From Bacillota bacterium (GTDB lineage Bacteria; Bacillota_I; Bacilli_A; RFN20; CAG-826), in contig JAUNOH010000004.1 of NCBI GenBank assembly GCA_030537155.1, positions 30,932 to 94,931 on the forward strand: DNA of 64,000 nt. The letters are read 5' to 3'. Both the position numbers and the translations under genes were made by a program. This document shows positions 28,582 through 36,649 of the stretch, piece by piece. Below the pieces are notes generated by a model, which saw nothing but the letters and a program-made list of their open reading frames with translations, ran no database searches and was not told where the DNA came from. The number at the start of each line of letters is the position of its first letter. The stretch's first letter is position 1.

Positions 28582-29337
28582 ATGAAAAAGATATTGGTCT
28601 CGGCCTGCCTATTGGGCGAAAGCTGCCGTTATGATGGGAATAGCAAGCCCAACGAGGAGGTAAAAGCCCTCAACGAACGTTATGACTTAGTCCCCTTCTG
28701 CCCCGAGGTGGAGGGCGGTTTGCCCACCCCCAGGGAGCCCAGCGAGTTAAGGAATGGCAAAGCCATCCATAAAAACGGGGAGGACGTCACCTCCTTCTAC
28801 CGGCTCGGGGCCGAGAAGGCCTATAACCTCTGCCGCTACCTCGGGATCGAAGTGGCCATCCTCAAGGAAGGCTCGCCCTCCTGCGGGGTCCATCAGATCC
28901 ATAATGGCCGCTTCGACGGCAAGATGGTCTCCGGCATGGGGATAGCCGCCAGCTACCTCAAAGCCCATGGCATCAGGGTGTATGGCGAGGATCAGATTGC
29001 CCTCTTTCTAGCGGAGGAGGAGCCAAAGCCAAGGCCGGTAAAAGCCTCCACCACCCCCGAAAAGCCCTCGTTCAGAAAAACCGAGAAACCTAAGTTCAAT
29101 AAAACCGACGCCCGTAAGGAAGAATCCTCGGAAGCCTCTTCCCAAGCCAAGGGCAAATCATTTAGGCGCCCCGAGAAGGCTGGCTACCCCAAGAAGAAAT
29201 CCTTCGATAAGCCAAAAGGTAAGTTTGCCGGGAAAGGCTCCTATAAAGGAAAGCCATCTTTTAAAGGCAAATCCGGCTCATACAAGGGTAAGAAGACCTA
29301 CGCCCGTAAAGGCCAAGCCAAGGATAAAGCCGAATAG
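28582..29337 (+). CDS. DUF523 (YbbK-like) protein with a ~115-aa Lys-rich low-complexity C-terminal tail
   Basis: Starts MKKILVSACLLGESCRYDG, a typical DUF523 N-terminus; the ORF track starts upstream at 28489. The tail is rich in KGK/KPxF repeats. Confidence 0.75.
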   Translation: MKKILVSACLLGESCRYDGNSKPNEEVKALNERYDLVPFCPEVEGGLPTPREPSELRNGKAIHKNGEDVTSFYRLGAEKAYNLCRYLGIEVAILKEGSPSCGVHQIHNGRFDGKMVSGMGIAASYLKAHGIRVYGEDQIALFLAEEEPKPRPVKASTTPEKPSFRKTEKPKFNKTDARKEESSEASSQAKGKSFRRPEKAGYPKKKSFDKPKGKFAGKGSYKGKPSFKGKSGSYKGKKTYARKGQAKDKAE

Positions 29338-29347
29338 GGCCCTGGCC

Positions 29348-29599
29348 TTATAGTTCCTCTTCTTCCTCGCCCTTTTCGCCCTCATCCTTCTTCCCCTGCT
29401 CCTCGTAGCCGAGGAATAGGGGCACCGCCTTCCCGATGAGCACCAGATAAACCGCGAAGACGGCCAGGGCGCACATCCCGGGGATCAGGGGATTCTCGAA
29501 AAAGGCCCCCATCAAGGCAAAGGAAACCAAAGCCGCCCCGGTGACATAGCTCCCGGAACGGATGGCCCATAGGGCCTTTTTCTTTCTTTCGTCGTCCAT
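29348..29599 (-). CDS. Small membrane protein (2 TM helices, acidic C-terminal tail)
   Basis: The ATG at 29599 has GGAGGG 9 nt upstream; the track ORF extends to 29650 through the regulatory module. 83 aa. Confidence 0.6.
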   Translation of the reverse strand: MDDERKKKALWAIRSGSYVTGAALVSFALMGAFFENPLIPGMCALAVFAVYLVLIGKAVPLFLGYEEQGKKDEGEKGEEEEEL

Positions 29600-29603
29600 A
29601 AAT

Positions 29604-29668
29604 AAAACCCTCCTACCTTTTAATGGAGGACAAAAGCGGATTTGTGTCAAAATTCGTGGAATTTTTTA
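29604..29668 (-). promoter_or_regulatory. Copy 2 of the conserved ~65-nt upstream module
   Basis: Minus strand AAAAAATTCCACGAATTTTGACACAAATCCGCTTTTGTCCTCCATTAAAAGGTAGGAGG. It begins directly at the stop codon of the PucR-like gene. Confidence 0.55.
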
Positions 29669-30223
29669 TCTTTGGGGGCTCATTTTCAGGTAGAGCTCCA
29701 GCAAGAGGGCATCGTGGTAATCCCTGATGTCCAGGCCGGTTTTCTCATAGATGGAATCGAGCCGATGGGTCATGGTGTTTCGATGGACGAATAGGCTCTC
29801 GGCGGCCCGCTGGATGTCGAGGCCGGAGGAGAGGAAGGCGCTCCCGGTGGCCAATAACTCCTTATCAAGACCACGGAAGATGGAGGATAACTCCCGGAGA
29901 TAACCGAAATCCCCGAAGCTCATCTGCTTGAGGAAGATGTCCGATAGATAGCTGACCCGATTGGGGAAATAGCCGAGGGCCTCGCTTAGGGTTTTGCGCG
30001 AGAAATAGCTCTGGTCGTGGCTGATCAGGCAGGCGATCCGGCTATCCTTCAGGCTATGGAGGGCGGCCTCCACGGCCAAGGCGAAGGAGGAATCGCCCAC
30101 GAAATAGCAGCCCTTCTCGCTGACGAAGTTGATTTCCGGCTCGATCTTAAAGCAGGCCAAGGCCTTTGAAAAAGCCTCTTGGTCGAGGGGCGACTCGGAA
30201 AGGAATAGGTAATAACGCCTCAT
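29666..30223 (-). CDS. PucR/CdaR-family C-terminal HTH regulator (short form)
   Basis: 185 aa with a C-terminal HTH (LFVHRNTMTHRLDSIYEKTGLDIRDYHDALLLELYL). Its ATGA overlaps the upstream GH13 gene. Confidence 0.6.
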   Translation of the reverse strand: MRRYYLFLSESPLDQEAFSKALACFKIEPEINFVSEKGCYFVGDSSFALAVEAALHSLKDSRIACLISHDQSYFSRKTLSEALGYFPNRVSYLSDIFLKQMSFGDFGYLRELSSIFRGLDKELLATGSAFLSSGLDIQRAAESLFVHRNTMTHRLDSIYEKTGLDIRDYHDALLLELYLKMSPQR

Positions 30224-31920
30224 GATATCCTCAAAAGCAGGCTCTCATAGGGCCTTAGATGCAGCTTGCCATCGGAGAGCATCAGGCCGTCGTAGTTATG
30301 GAGCATTATGTCGGTGATGCGGTAATAGAAGGTGAAATCGACGTCGTGATCACGCATGTTCGAGACGACCATGATCTTCTCCATCCCGTCATGGATGTAG
30401 GCGAAGACGTCCTCGTTTTCTGGATCCTCGAGGCGGAGGCGGCAGTTCAGCACCTGCTCATTTATCATCGGATCCTTCCTGATCCCGATCGCGTACTTAT
30501 AGAAATGGAAGATGGAGTCGGTGTCTTTCATCTCATCCTTCACGTTGACCCCACGGAGGTAATTGGGATTGGCCCTAAATAGGGGCTTGGCATCGCTGAA
30601 GCCGGCGTTTTCGGAATCATCCCACTGCATCGGGAGGCGGGAGTTTATGCGGCTGGAGCGGTTTAGGTAATGGAGTATCCACTCATCCGAATAACCTTGC
30701 TTCCGGAAGCGCTCGATCTCCGGGCGCATGCCGGCGTCGACCAAATAATCGTCGAGGCTATCGTATTCGGCGTTCGACATCCCGATTTCATCCCCGAAGT
30801 AGATGAAGTCGTTCCCATAGAGGAAGAGGATGGTGGTGAATAGCATCTTCGCGCTCTCCTCGCGGTATTTGGGGTTCCCGTATTGGGAGAGGACGCGGGG
30901 ATGGTCGTGGTTGCACCAATATAGGGGCATGTCGCATTTACCGCCGCACACCTCGTACCAGCGCATGAAGTTTTTCTTCAATTCGGCCACCTCGGTCTTT
31001 ATCTCATCGTCTTTTTTATCGATGGAGCCGTAGTTATGGTTATTCCAGACGGTGTCGAAGTTGAAGACCATGTTGATGTAGCCATCGTGCCAGGAGGCCA
31101 TCTTCAGGGCGCCTTCCGGAGTAACCGAGCCCCCGACCTCACCGACGATGAGGCAGTCATAATGGGAAAACACCTCCTGTTTAAGCAGGCGGAGATATTC
31201 GTATAGTTCGGGGCGGTTTGAGTATTTGCTGGTGTCAAAGGCGCAGCCGTTTTCCTTCACGGGCAAAGATGAATCCGACCAGCTGGTGTCTTTGGCTAGG
31301 TGGGCCAAAGCGTCGAGCCTAAAGCCATCCACCCCCATGTCGAGGTAGTAACGGAGGGCCTCATACATCTTCTCCCTTAGTTTAGGGTTCGACCAATTTA
31401 GGTCGGGGATGTCGTTGGAGAAGACGTGGAGATAGAAATATTCGCTCTTCCCGATCCGGGTCCAGACCGAATCCTCAGAGAAGGATTCCCAGTTACAGGG
31501 GGGCAATAGCTTCCTCCCCTTTCTCTTGCCGCGCTCGATATAGTAGTAGCCGGCCTCCTCGGAGGTCGGGTCCTTTAGGGCCTTCTGGAACCAGGGGTGC
31601 TCCTTGCAGGTATGGTTGAGGGGGAAATCCATGATGATGCGGATGCCCCTGGCATGGGCCTCATCCAATAGCCTCTTCAAATCGGCCATATCCCCATACC
31701 TCGGGGCCAAGGTGAGGAAATCGCGGGAGTCGTAGCCGTTATACGGATTGGCCGAATCGAAAATCGGGCCGATCCAAAGCAGGTTCACGCCCAAAAAGGA
31801 GAGGTAATCGAGCTTCTCGATGATGCCGTTGAGGTCGCCTATCCCATCCCCGTTGGAATCCTTAAAGGCCTGGGGGTAGATGATGTAGCCGACCGCGTTA
31901 TGCCACCACTTGCCGTTCAT
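30220..31920 (-). CDS. GH13 alpha-glucosidase / oligo-1,6-glucosidase family
   Basis: GH13 regions are present: DSNGDGIGDLNGI, GVDGFRLDA (nucleophile Asp), VGEVG and WCNHDHPR. I prefer the ATG at 31920 (MNGKWWHNAV...); the track ORF starts at TTG 31938. Confidence 0.88.
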   Translation of the reverse strand: MNGKWWHNAVGYIIYPQAFKDSNGDGIGDLNGIIEKLDYLSFLGVNLLWIGPIFDSANPYNGYDSRDFLTLAPRYGDMADLKRLLDEAHARGIRIIMDFPLNHTCKEHPWFQKALKDPTSEEAGYYYIERGKRKGRKLLPPCNWESFSEDSVWTRIGKSEYFYLHVFSNDIPDLNWSNPKLREKMYEALRYYLDMGVDGFRLDALAHLAKDTSWSDSSLPVKENGCAFDTSKYSNRPELYEYLRLLKQEVFSHYDCLIVGEVGGSVTPEGALKMASWHDGYINMVFNFDTVWNNHNYGSIDKKDDEIKTEVAELKKNFMRWYEVCGGKCDMPLYWCNHDHPRVLSQYGNPKYREESAKMLFTTILFLYGNDFIYFGDEIGMSNAEYDSLDDYLVDAGMRPEIERFRKQGYSDEWILHYLNRSSRINSRLPMQWDDSENAGFSDAKPLFRANPNYLRGVNVKDEMKDTDSIFHFYKYAIGIRKDPMINEQVLNCRLRLEDPENEDVFAYIHDGMEKIMVVSNMRDHDVDFTFYYRITDIMLHNYDGLMLSDGKLHLRPYESLLLRIS

Positions 31921-32292
31921 GGGATAATGATAACCCAAAACCCGGGGGCTTGCCTTATAAAATAAGGCGGCAACGCCGCCTGATGGTCAAGATATAATCC
32001 GCCTCGCCTTTTCGCCTCGGGGTGGCTGGGGCAACGGAATCCGGCCCAGCGCCCTCCGCCTAGTTCGGCTCGATCAGGGATCGCTTCTTTTTCCTATAGA
32101 ATACTCACCCATTTTTTATTTCGGGCAAGGCTTTTTAGCGATTTTTTCATAGATACCGCTTTTATGTTGAAAATATCCGATTGGGTGGGAGAATTATTGA
32201 AAATACACCTAGGTTCGGTCGGGGATTAACGATAAGTTGACGCCCCATCCTTTTTATTTCCGCGCGCGCCTTATTGGACAAGTTTTGAAGAA

Positions 32293-34128
32293 GTGCTAAC
32301 ATTACACACCGTGAAGTTTTGGAGTTCCATCAATCGCATGATCCGGGGGCATAGGGCCCTCTACATCTGGTCGTTCGTCACCCAGGTCGCCTACATCGTG
32401 ATGACCGTTTTCACGAGTTTCCTCTCGGGTGTTTTGACCGATTGCCTCAATGACGTCGCCAGCGGGCAGAGCTTCTCCTCCAATTACGCCATCCAATCAT
32501 GGGTCGTCAATATCATCACCCTCGGCAAGGGCGACGCCTATCTGGGCGAGCATCTTTACATCTTCCCGATCGCCATCGCCATCTCCGGCGCCCTGGCGGC
32601 CTTGATGCTCTGCTACCGCACCATCACCAGGGTCGACGCTTCCACCAAGATCAACAAAGCCATGCAGATGGAGGTCTTCGTCCATCTGGAGAAACTCCCC
32701 TACACCTACTATAAGCAGCATAAAGCCGGTGACATCCTCCAAACCTGCACCAGGGATTTGGATGTCTTGCGCCGCTTCCTGATCATGGACATGTCCTCGA
32801 TCAACTACGCCTTCTGGATCGTGCTTTTATGCGCCGGGACCCTCTTCTCGATCTCCTGGCCCTACGCCTTGGTCTCGATGGCCCTCTTCCCCATCATGTT
32901 CATCTATAGCTTCTTCCTCATCAAGAAGGTCAGGAGGCTATACCGCTTAACCGACGACTCCGAGGCCAGGATGACCAACAAGATCTCCGAGAACCTCAAC
33001 GCCGTCCGCATCGTCAAGGCCTATAACGCCGAGAACTATGAGATTGGGGAATTCGAGAAAAACCTCAAGGACTATCGCGCCCGCTTCATCGACTGGAGGA
33101 AGTTCTCCAGCTTCTTCTTCGCCTCAACCGACATCTTCGTCTTCTCGGCCAAGGCCATCTCGATCATCTTCGGCGTCTATCTTTGCTACGCCCATTACGT
33201 CAACGGCGATGCCTTTGGCATCACCTATGGCACCTTGGTCATCGGCATCAGCTTCGTCAACATGATGGTGTGGCCGATCCGCCAGGTCTCCACCGTCTTA
33301 TCCAACCTCGGCCAGGCCTTGGCCTCCATGGATAGGGTCAATGAGGTTTTAAACACCCCCATCGAGGATATCGAAAGCGGCCTCACCCCCAAAATCACCG
33401 GCAACATCGAATTCGACCACGTCGGCTTCCAGTATGAGGATGGCGATAGCGAGGTCATCCACGACGTCAGCTTCTCCATCAAATCCGGCCAATCGATCGC
33501 CGTCATGGGCAAAACCGGCTCGGGCAAATCGACGCTTTTCTACCTCCTGACGAGGCTATACGACTACCGCGGCTCCATCAAGATCGACGGGGTTGAGCTG
33601 AGGGAGATCCAAAAGACGTATCTGAGGCGCAACATCGTCCCCGTTTTGCAGGACCCCTTCCTCTTCTCGAAGACGATTTATGAGAATATCCGCCTGGCCA
33701 ATAAAGACGCCACCCAGAAAGACATCGAATGGGCGGCGAGGATCGCGGCGGTCGACGACACCATCAAATCCTTCAAGGAAGGCTATAACACCCCGGTCGG
33801 CGAAAAGGGCGTGACCCTCTCCGGCGGTCAAAAGCAGAGGGTGGCCATCGCCAGGACCATCATGTCCAATGCCCCGGTTTTGATCTTCGATGACTCGCTA
33901 AGCGCGGTCGACACCGCCACCGACATCGCCATCAGGAGCCGCTTGAAGAGCCTCAAAGAAGGCACCACCTCCATCATCATCACCCAAAGGGTCATGTCGG
34001 CCAAAGACGCCGATCTGATCATCGTTTTGGAGGACGGCAGGATCTCCGAGATGGGCAAGCACGAGGATCTCGTCAACAAGCCCGGTCTTTATAAGGACAT
34101 CTACGAAATACAGAGCCAAATGGCTTAG
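32293..34128 (+). CDS. ABC exporter permease/ATPase subunit carrying the degenerate-site NBD features
   Basis: Six-TM region plus an NBD with Walker A GKTGSGKST and signature LSGGQKQR. The Walker B reads LIFDDS (Asp replaces the catalytic Glu) and the H-loop reads ITQR. The start is uncertain (GTG 32293, GTG 32311 or ATG 32338). Confidence 0.88.
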   Translation: MLTLHTVKFWSSINRMIRGHRALYIWSFVTQVAYIVMTVFTSFLSGVLTDCLNDVASGQSFSSNYAIQSWVVNIITLGKGDAYLGEHLYIFPIAIAISGALAALMLCYRTITRVDASTKINKAMQMEVFVHLEKLPYTYYKQHKAGDILQTCTRDLDVLRRFLIMDMSSINYAFWIVLLCAGTLFSISWPYALVSMALFPIMFIYSFFLIKKVRRLYRLTDDSEARMTNKISENLNAVRIVKAYNAENYEIGEFEKNLKDYRARFIDWRKFSSFFFASTDIFVFSAKAISIIFGVYLCYAHYVNGDAFGITYGTLVIGISFVNMMVWPIRQVSTVLSNLGQALASMDRVNEVLNTPIEDIESGLTPKITGNIEFDHVGFQYEDGDSEVIHDVSFSIKSGQSIAVMGKTGSGKSTLFYLLTRLYDYRGSIKIDGVELREIQKTYLRRNIVPVLQDPFLFSKTIYENIRLANKDATQKDIEWAARIAAVDDTIKSFKEGYNTPVGEKGVTLSGGQKQRVAIARTIMSNAPVLIFDDSLSAVDTATDIAIRSRLKSLKEGTTSIIITQRVMSAKDADLIIVLEDGRISEMGKHEDLVNKPGLYKDIYEIQSQMA

Positions 34129-34143
34129 AAAGGAGGAAGAGGC

Positions 34144-36087
34144 ATGCCCGCAGGAAGAAGCTTCGAAGAAGAAGCCCTACCCGAGAAACTGAATCTCGGC
34201 GTCTGGAAGAAGATATTCAAATACGCGGCCCGGAGATGGCAGCTTTTGCTCGTCCTCGTCGTGGCGATGCTTTTCACCTCCTTCTACGACTCCTCTTTTG
34301 TCCCCTCCATGAACTACGCGGCCTATTCGGCCGTCGGCTCCCTTTCGGGGGTCGGGGAATTGGCCTCGGTGTTTGACCTCCAGTTAAACGCGACCATCCT
34401 CGGCGTCTCGGTCAGCATGAGCTATCTGACCTTCATCATCCTCTTCGCCGTCATGATCTTGGTCAGGGCGGCCTCGATCTTCGGGACCTTCTTCCTTATG
34501 AACTACGTCGGCATGCTCATCATGGTCGACTTGAGGCGGGAATCCTTCGCCAAGATCCAGGAGCTCAGCTTCTCCTATTTCGATAAGACTTCCTCCGGTT
34601 GGCTGATCGCCAGGATGCAGAACGACACCTCCTCCATCGGCGACATCCTCGCCTCGGGCGTCATCCAGATGATCTGGGCGGCCTTTGAGATCGCCTTCAC
34701 CCTCATCACGATGTTTACCATCGACTGGAGGCTATCTTTGTTGATTTTGGCCTCCATCCCCCTAATCGTCATCATCGCCCCGGCCTTCCAAAAGGCCATC
34801 TTGACCAGGCAGAGGACGGCCAGGAACGCCTACTCCCACTACGTGGGATGGCTGGCCGAATCCATCGACGGGGCCAAGACCATCAAGACCCTCGCCATCG
34901 AGGATGAGGTGGCCAAAGAGCAAAACGAGATCACCGAGGACGTCCGCGCCAAGCGCATGAGGGCCGGCAGGATGAACGCCTACTTCACCCCCACCCTCAA
35001 CCTCATCTCCACCACCATGACCGTCGTCATCATCGCGGTTGGCTTACACTTCTACGGCACCGGCGAATGGGCCATCACCCCGGCCTTGATCATCACCTTC
35101 GTCGGCTTCGTCTCCTCCATCTATAACCCCCTTACCTCCGTGGCCGAGACCATCTCGGAATTCATGGCCACCCAGGCCGGGGCCGAGAAAGTCATGCAGC
35201 TATTGGAGGCCAAGCCCGAGATCGTCGACTCCCCCGAGGTCATCGAAAAATACGGGGACATCTTCAATCCCAAAAAGGAAAACTATGAGCCCATCCAGGG
35301 CGAGATCGACTTCGTCCACGTCGACTTCGACTATGGCAACGGCATCAAGGTCATCAAAGACCTCAACCTCCACATCGAAAAAGGCACTTCCTTGGCCATC
35401 GTCGGCGAGACCGGCTCCGGCAAGACCACGACCGTCAACCTCCTATGCCGCTTCTATCAGCCGAGCGAGGGCAAAATTTTGATCGACGGGGCCAATTACC
35501 TCGATAGGAGCCTTGGTTGGCTCCGTTCCAACATCGGCTACGTCCAGCAAAACCCCTTCGTCTTCACCGGGACCTTCTATGACAACATCGTCTATGGAAG
35601 GCATGAAGCCAGCATGGAGGAAGTCATCGAGGCCTGCAAGATGGTCGGGATCCACGAGTTCATCGAAAAGCAGCCCAACGGCTACCAAACCTATCTGGCC
35701 GATGGGGGCAATAACCTCTCCCAGGGCCAGAAGCAGCTCATCTCCTATGCTCGCGCCATCCTCCGTCAGGCCCCCCTTATCATCCTCGATGAGGCGACCT
35801 CCAACGTCGACACCGAGACCGAAAGCGAGCTCCAGCAGGCCACCGCCGCCATCCTCAAGGGCAGGACCTCAATCATCATCGCCCACCGCCTCTCCACCAT
35901 CGTCAACTGCGACCGTATCCTCGTCATGGATCACGGCGTCGTGGTCGAGGATGGCTCCCATAAGCAATTGATGGACAAGAAGGGCCACTACTACGAGCTC
36001 TACATGAATCAGTTCAGGGACCTCTCCATCGATTCGCAAATCAAGGAATACAACCAAAACATCAAAGGCAAAGGCGTCAAGATCTAA
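34144..36087 (+). CDS. ABC exporter permease/ATPase subunit carrying the consensus-site NBD features
   Basis: RBS AAAGGAGGAAGAGG. Walker A GETGSGKTT, Walker B IILDEATS and H-loop IAHRLST are canonical, but the signature is degenerate (LSQGQKQL). Confidence 0.9.
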   Translation: MPAGRSFEEEALPEKLNLGVWKKIFKYAARRWQLLLVLVVAMLFTSFYDSSFVPSMNYAAYSAVGSLSGVGELASVFDLQLNATILGVSVSMSYLTFIILFAVMILVRAASIFGTFFLMNYVGMLIMVDLRRESFAKIQELSFSYFDKTSSGWLIARMQNDTSSIGDILASGVIQMIWAAFEIAFTLITMFTIDWRLSLLILASIPLIVIIAPAFQKAILTRQRTARNAYSHYVGWLAESIDGAKTIKTLAIEDEVAKEQNEITEDVRAKRMRAGRMNAYFTPTLNLISTTMTVVIIAVGLHFYGTGEWAITPALIITFVGFVSSIYNPLTSVAETISEFMATQAGAEKVMQLLEAKPEIVDSPEVIEKYGDIFNPKKENYEPIQGEIDFVHVDFDYGNGIKVIKDLNLHIEKGTSLAIVGETGSGKTTTVNLLCRFYQPSEGKILIDGANYLDRSLGWLRSNIGYVQQNPFVFTGTFYDNIVYGRHEASMEEVIEACKMVGIHEFIEKQPNGYQTYLADGGNNLSQGQKQLISYARAILRQAPLIILDEATSNVDTETESELQQATAAILKGRTSIIIAHRLSTIVNCDRILVMDHGVVVEDGSHKQLMDKKGHYYELYMNQFRDLSIDSQIKEYNQNIKGKGVKI

Positions 36088-36093
36088 GCCGAC

Positions 36094-36118
36094 AGCCCGT
36101 CAGCAGACGGGCTTTTTT
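36094..36118 (+). terminator. Intrinsic terminator of the ABC operon
   Basis: AGCCCGTC-AGCA-GACGGGCT followed by TTTTTT. Confidence 0.9.
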
Positions 36119-36151
36119 ATCGCATGAAAAAAGCGCCCTGAGGCGCTTGTT

Positions 36152-36649
36152 TCAATAATGGGTTTCCTGTCTCTTGTGGTTGACGGATAACTTGTCCAGA
36201 TAAGCCTTTTTGGCCTCTTCCGGCCCATAGCCCAATAAGGGCAATAAGTCGAGGTAAGCACCTAAGCCGTCGAGGTAGGTATCCACATCGTAATGGCCGG
36301 CTAAGGATACCGCCTTCTCATATACCCCGAGGATGGCCTTGGAGAGATCATCGCCCTGGGCTTTAAGCTCATGGCTATGTTCATGAATCCCGAGGGGGAT
36401 GCCCAGCGAGAGGTAGAAATGGAGCCCATCGGCGTACTCATCGAGGATCCTTTCCTTCGGAGATGGGCCCTTCAGTGACCAGTATTTGAAGCAACGGGTC
36501 TCGTTGGCGAATTCGCCAAGCTCCACCAACAAGGAGAGCAATCTCCGGTGGAAGGTCGATTCATAGCTCACCCCATGGAGGGTGGCTATCTCCTCGTCGA
36601 GCTCCTTCTGGAGGGGGTAGAGGTCGCTCAGATCGATGGAGGAGCTCAT
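36152..36649 (-). CDS. Dimeric (all-alpha) dUTPase family protein
   Basis: 165 aa. The pattern LQKELDEEI...LLVELGEFANETRCFKYWS...DEYADGLHFYLSLG...VNHKRQ resembles dUTPase_2 / MazG-like all-alpha NTP pyrophosphatases. Its ATGA overlaps the glgP stop. Confidence 0.6.
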   Translation of the reverse strand: MSSSIDLSDLYPLQKELDEEIATLHGVSYESTFHRRLLSLLVELGEFANETRCFKYWSLKGPSPKERILDEYADGLHFYLSLGIPLGIHEHSHELKAQGDDLSKAILGVYEKAVSLAGHYDVDTYLDGLGAYLDLLPLLGYGPEEAKKAYLDKLSVNHKRQETHY

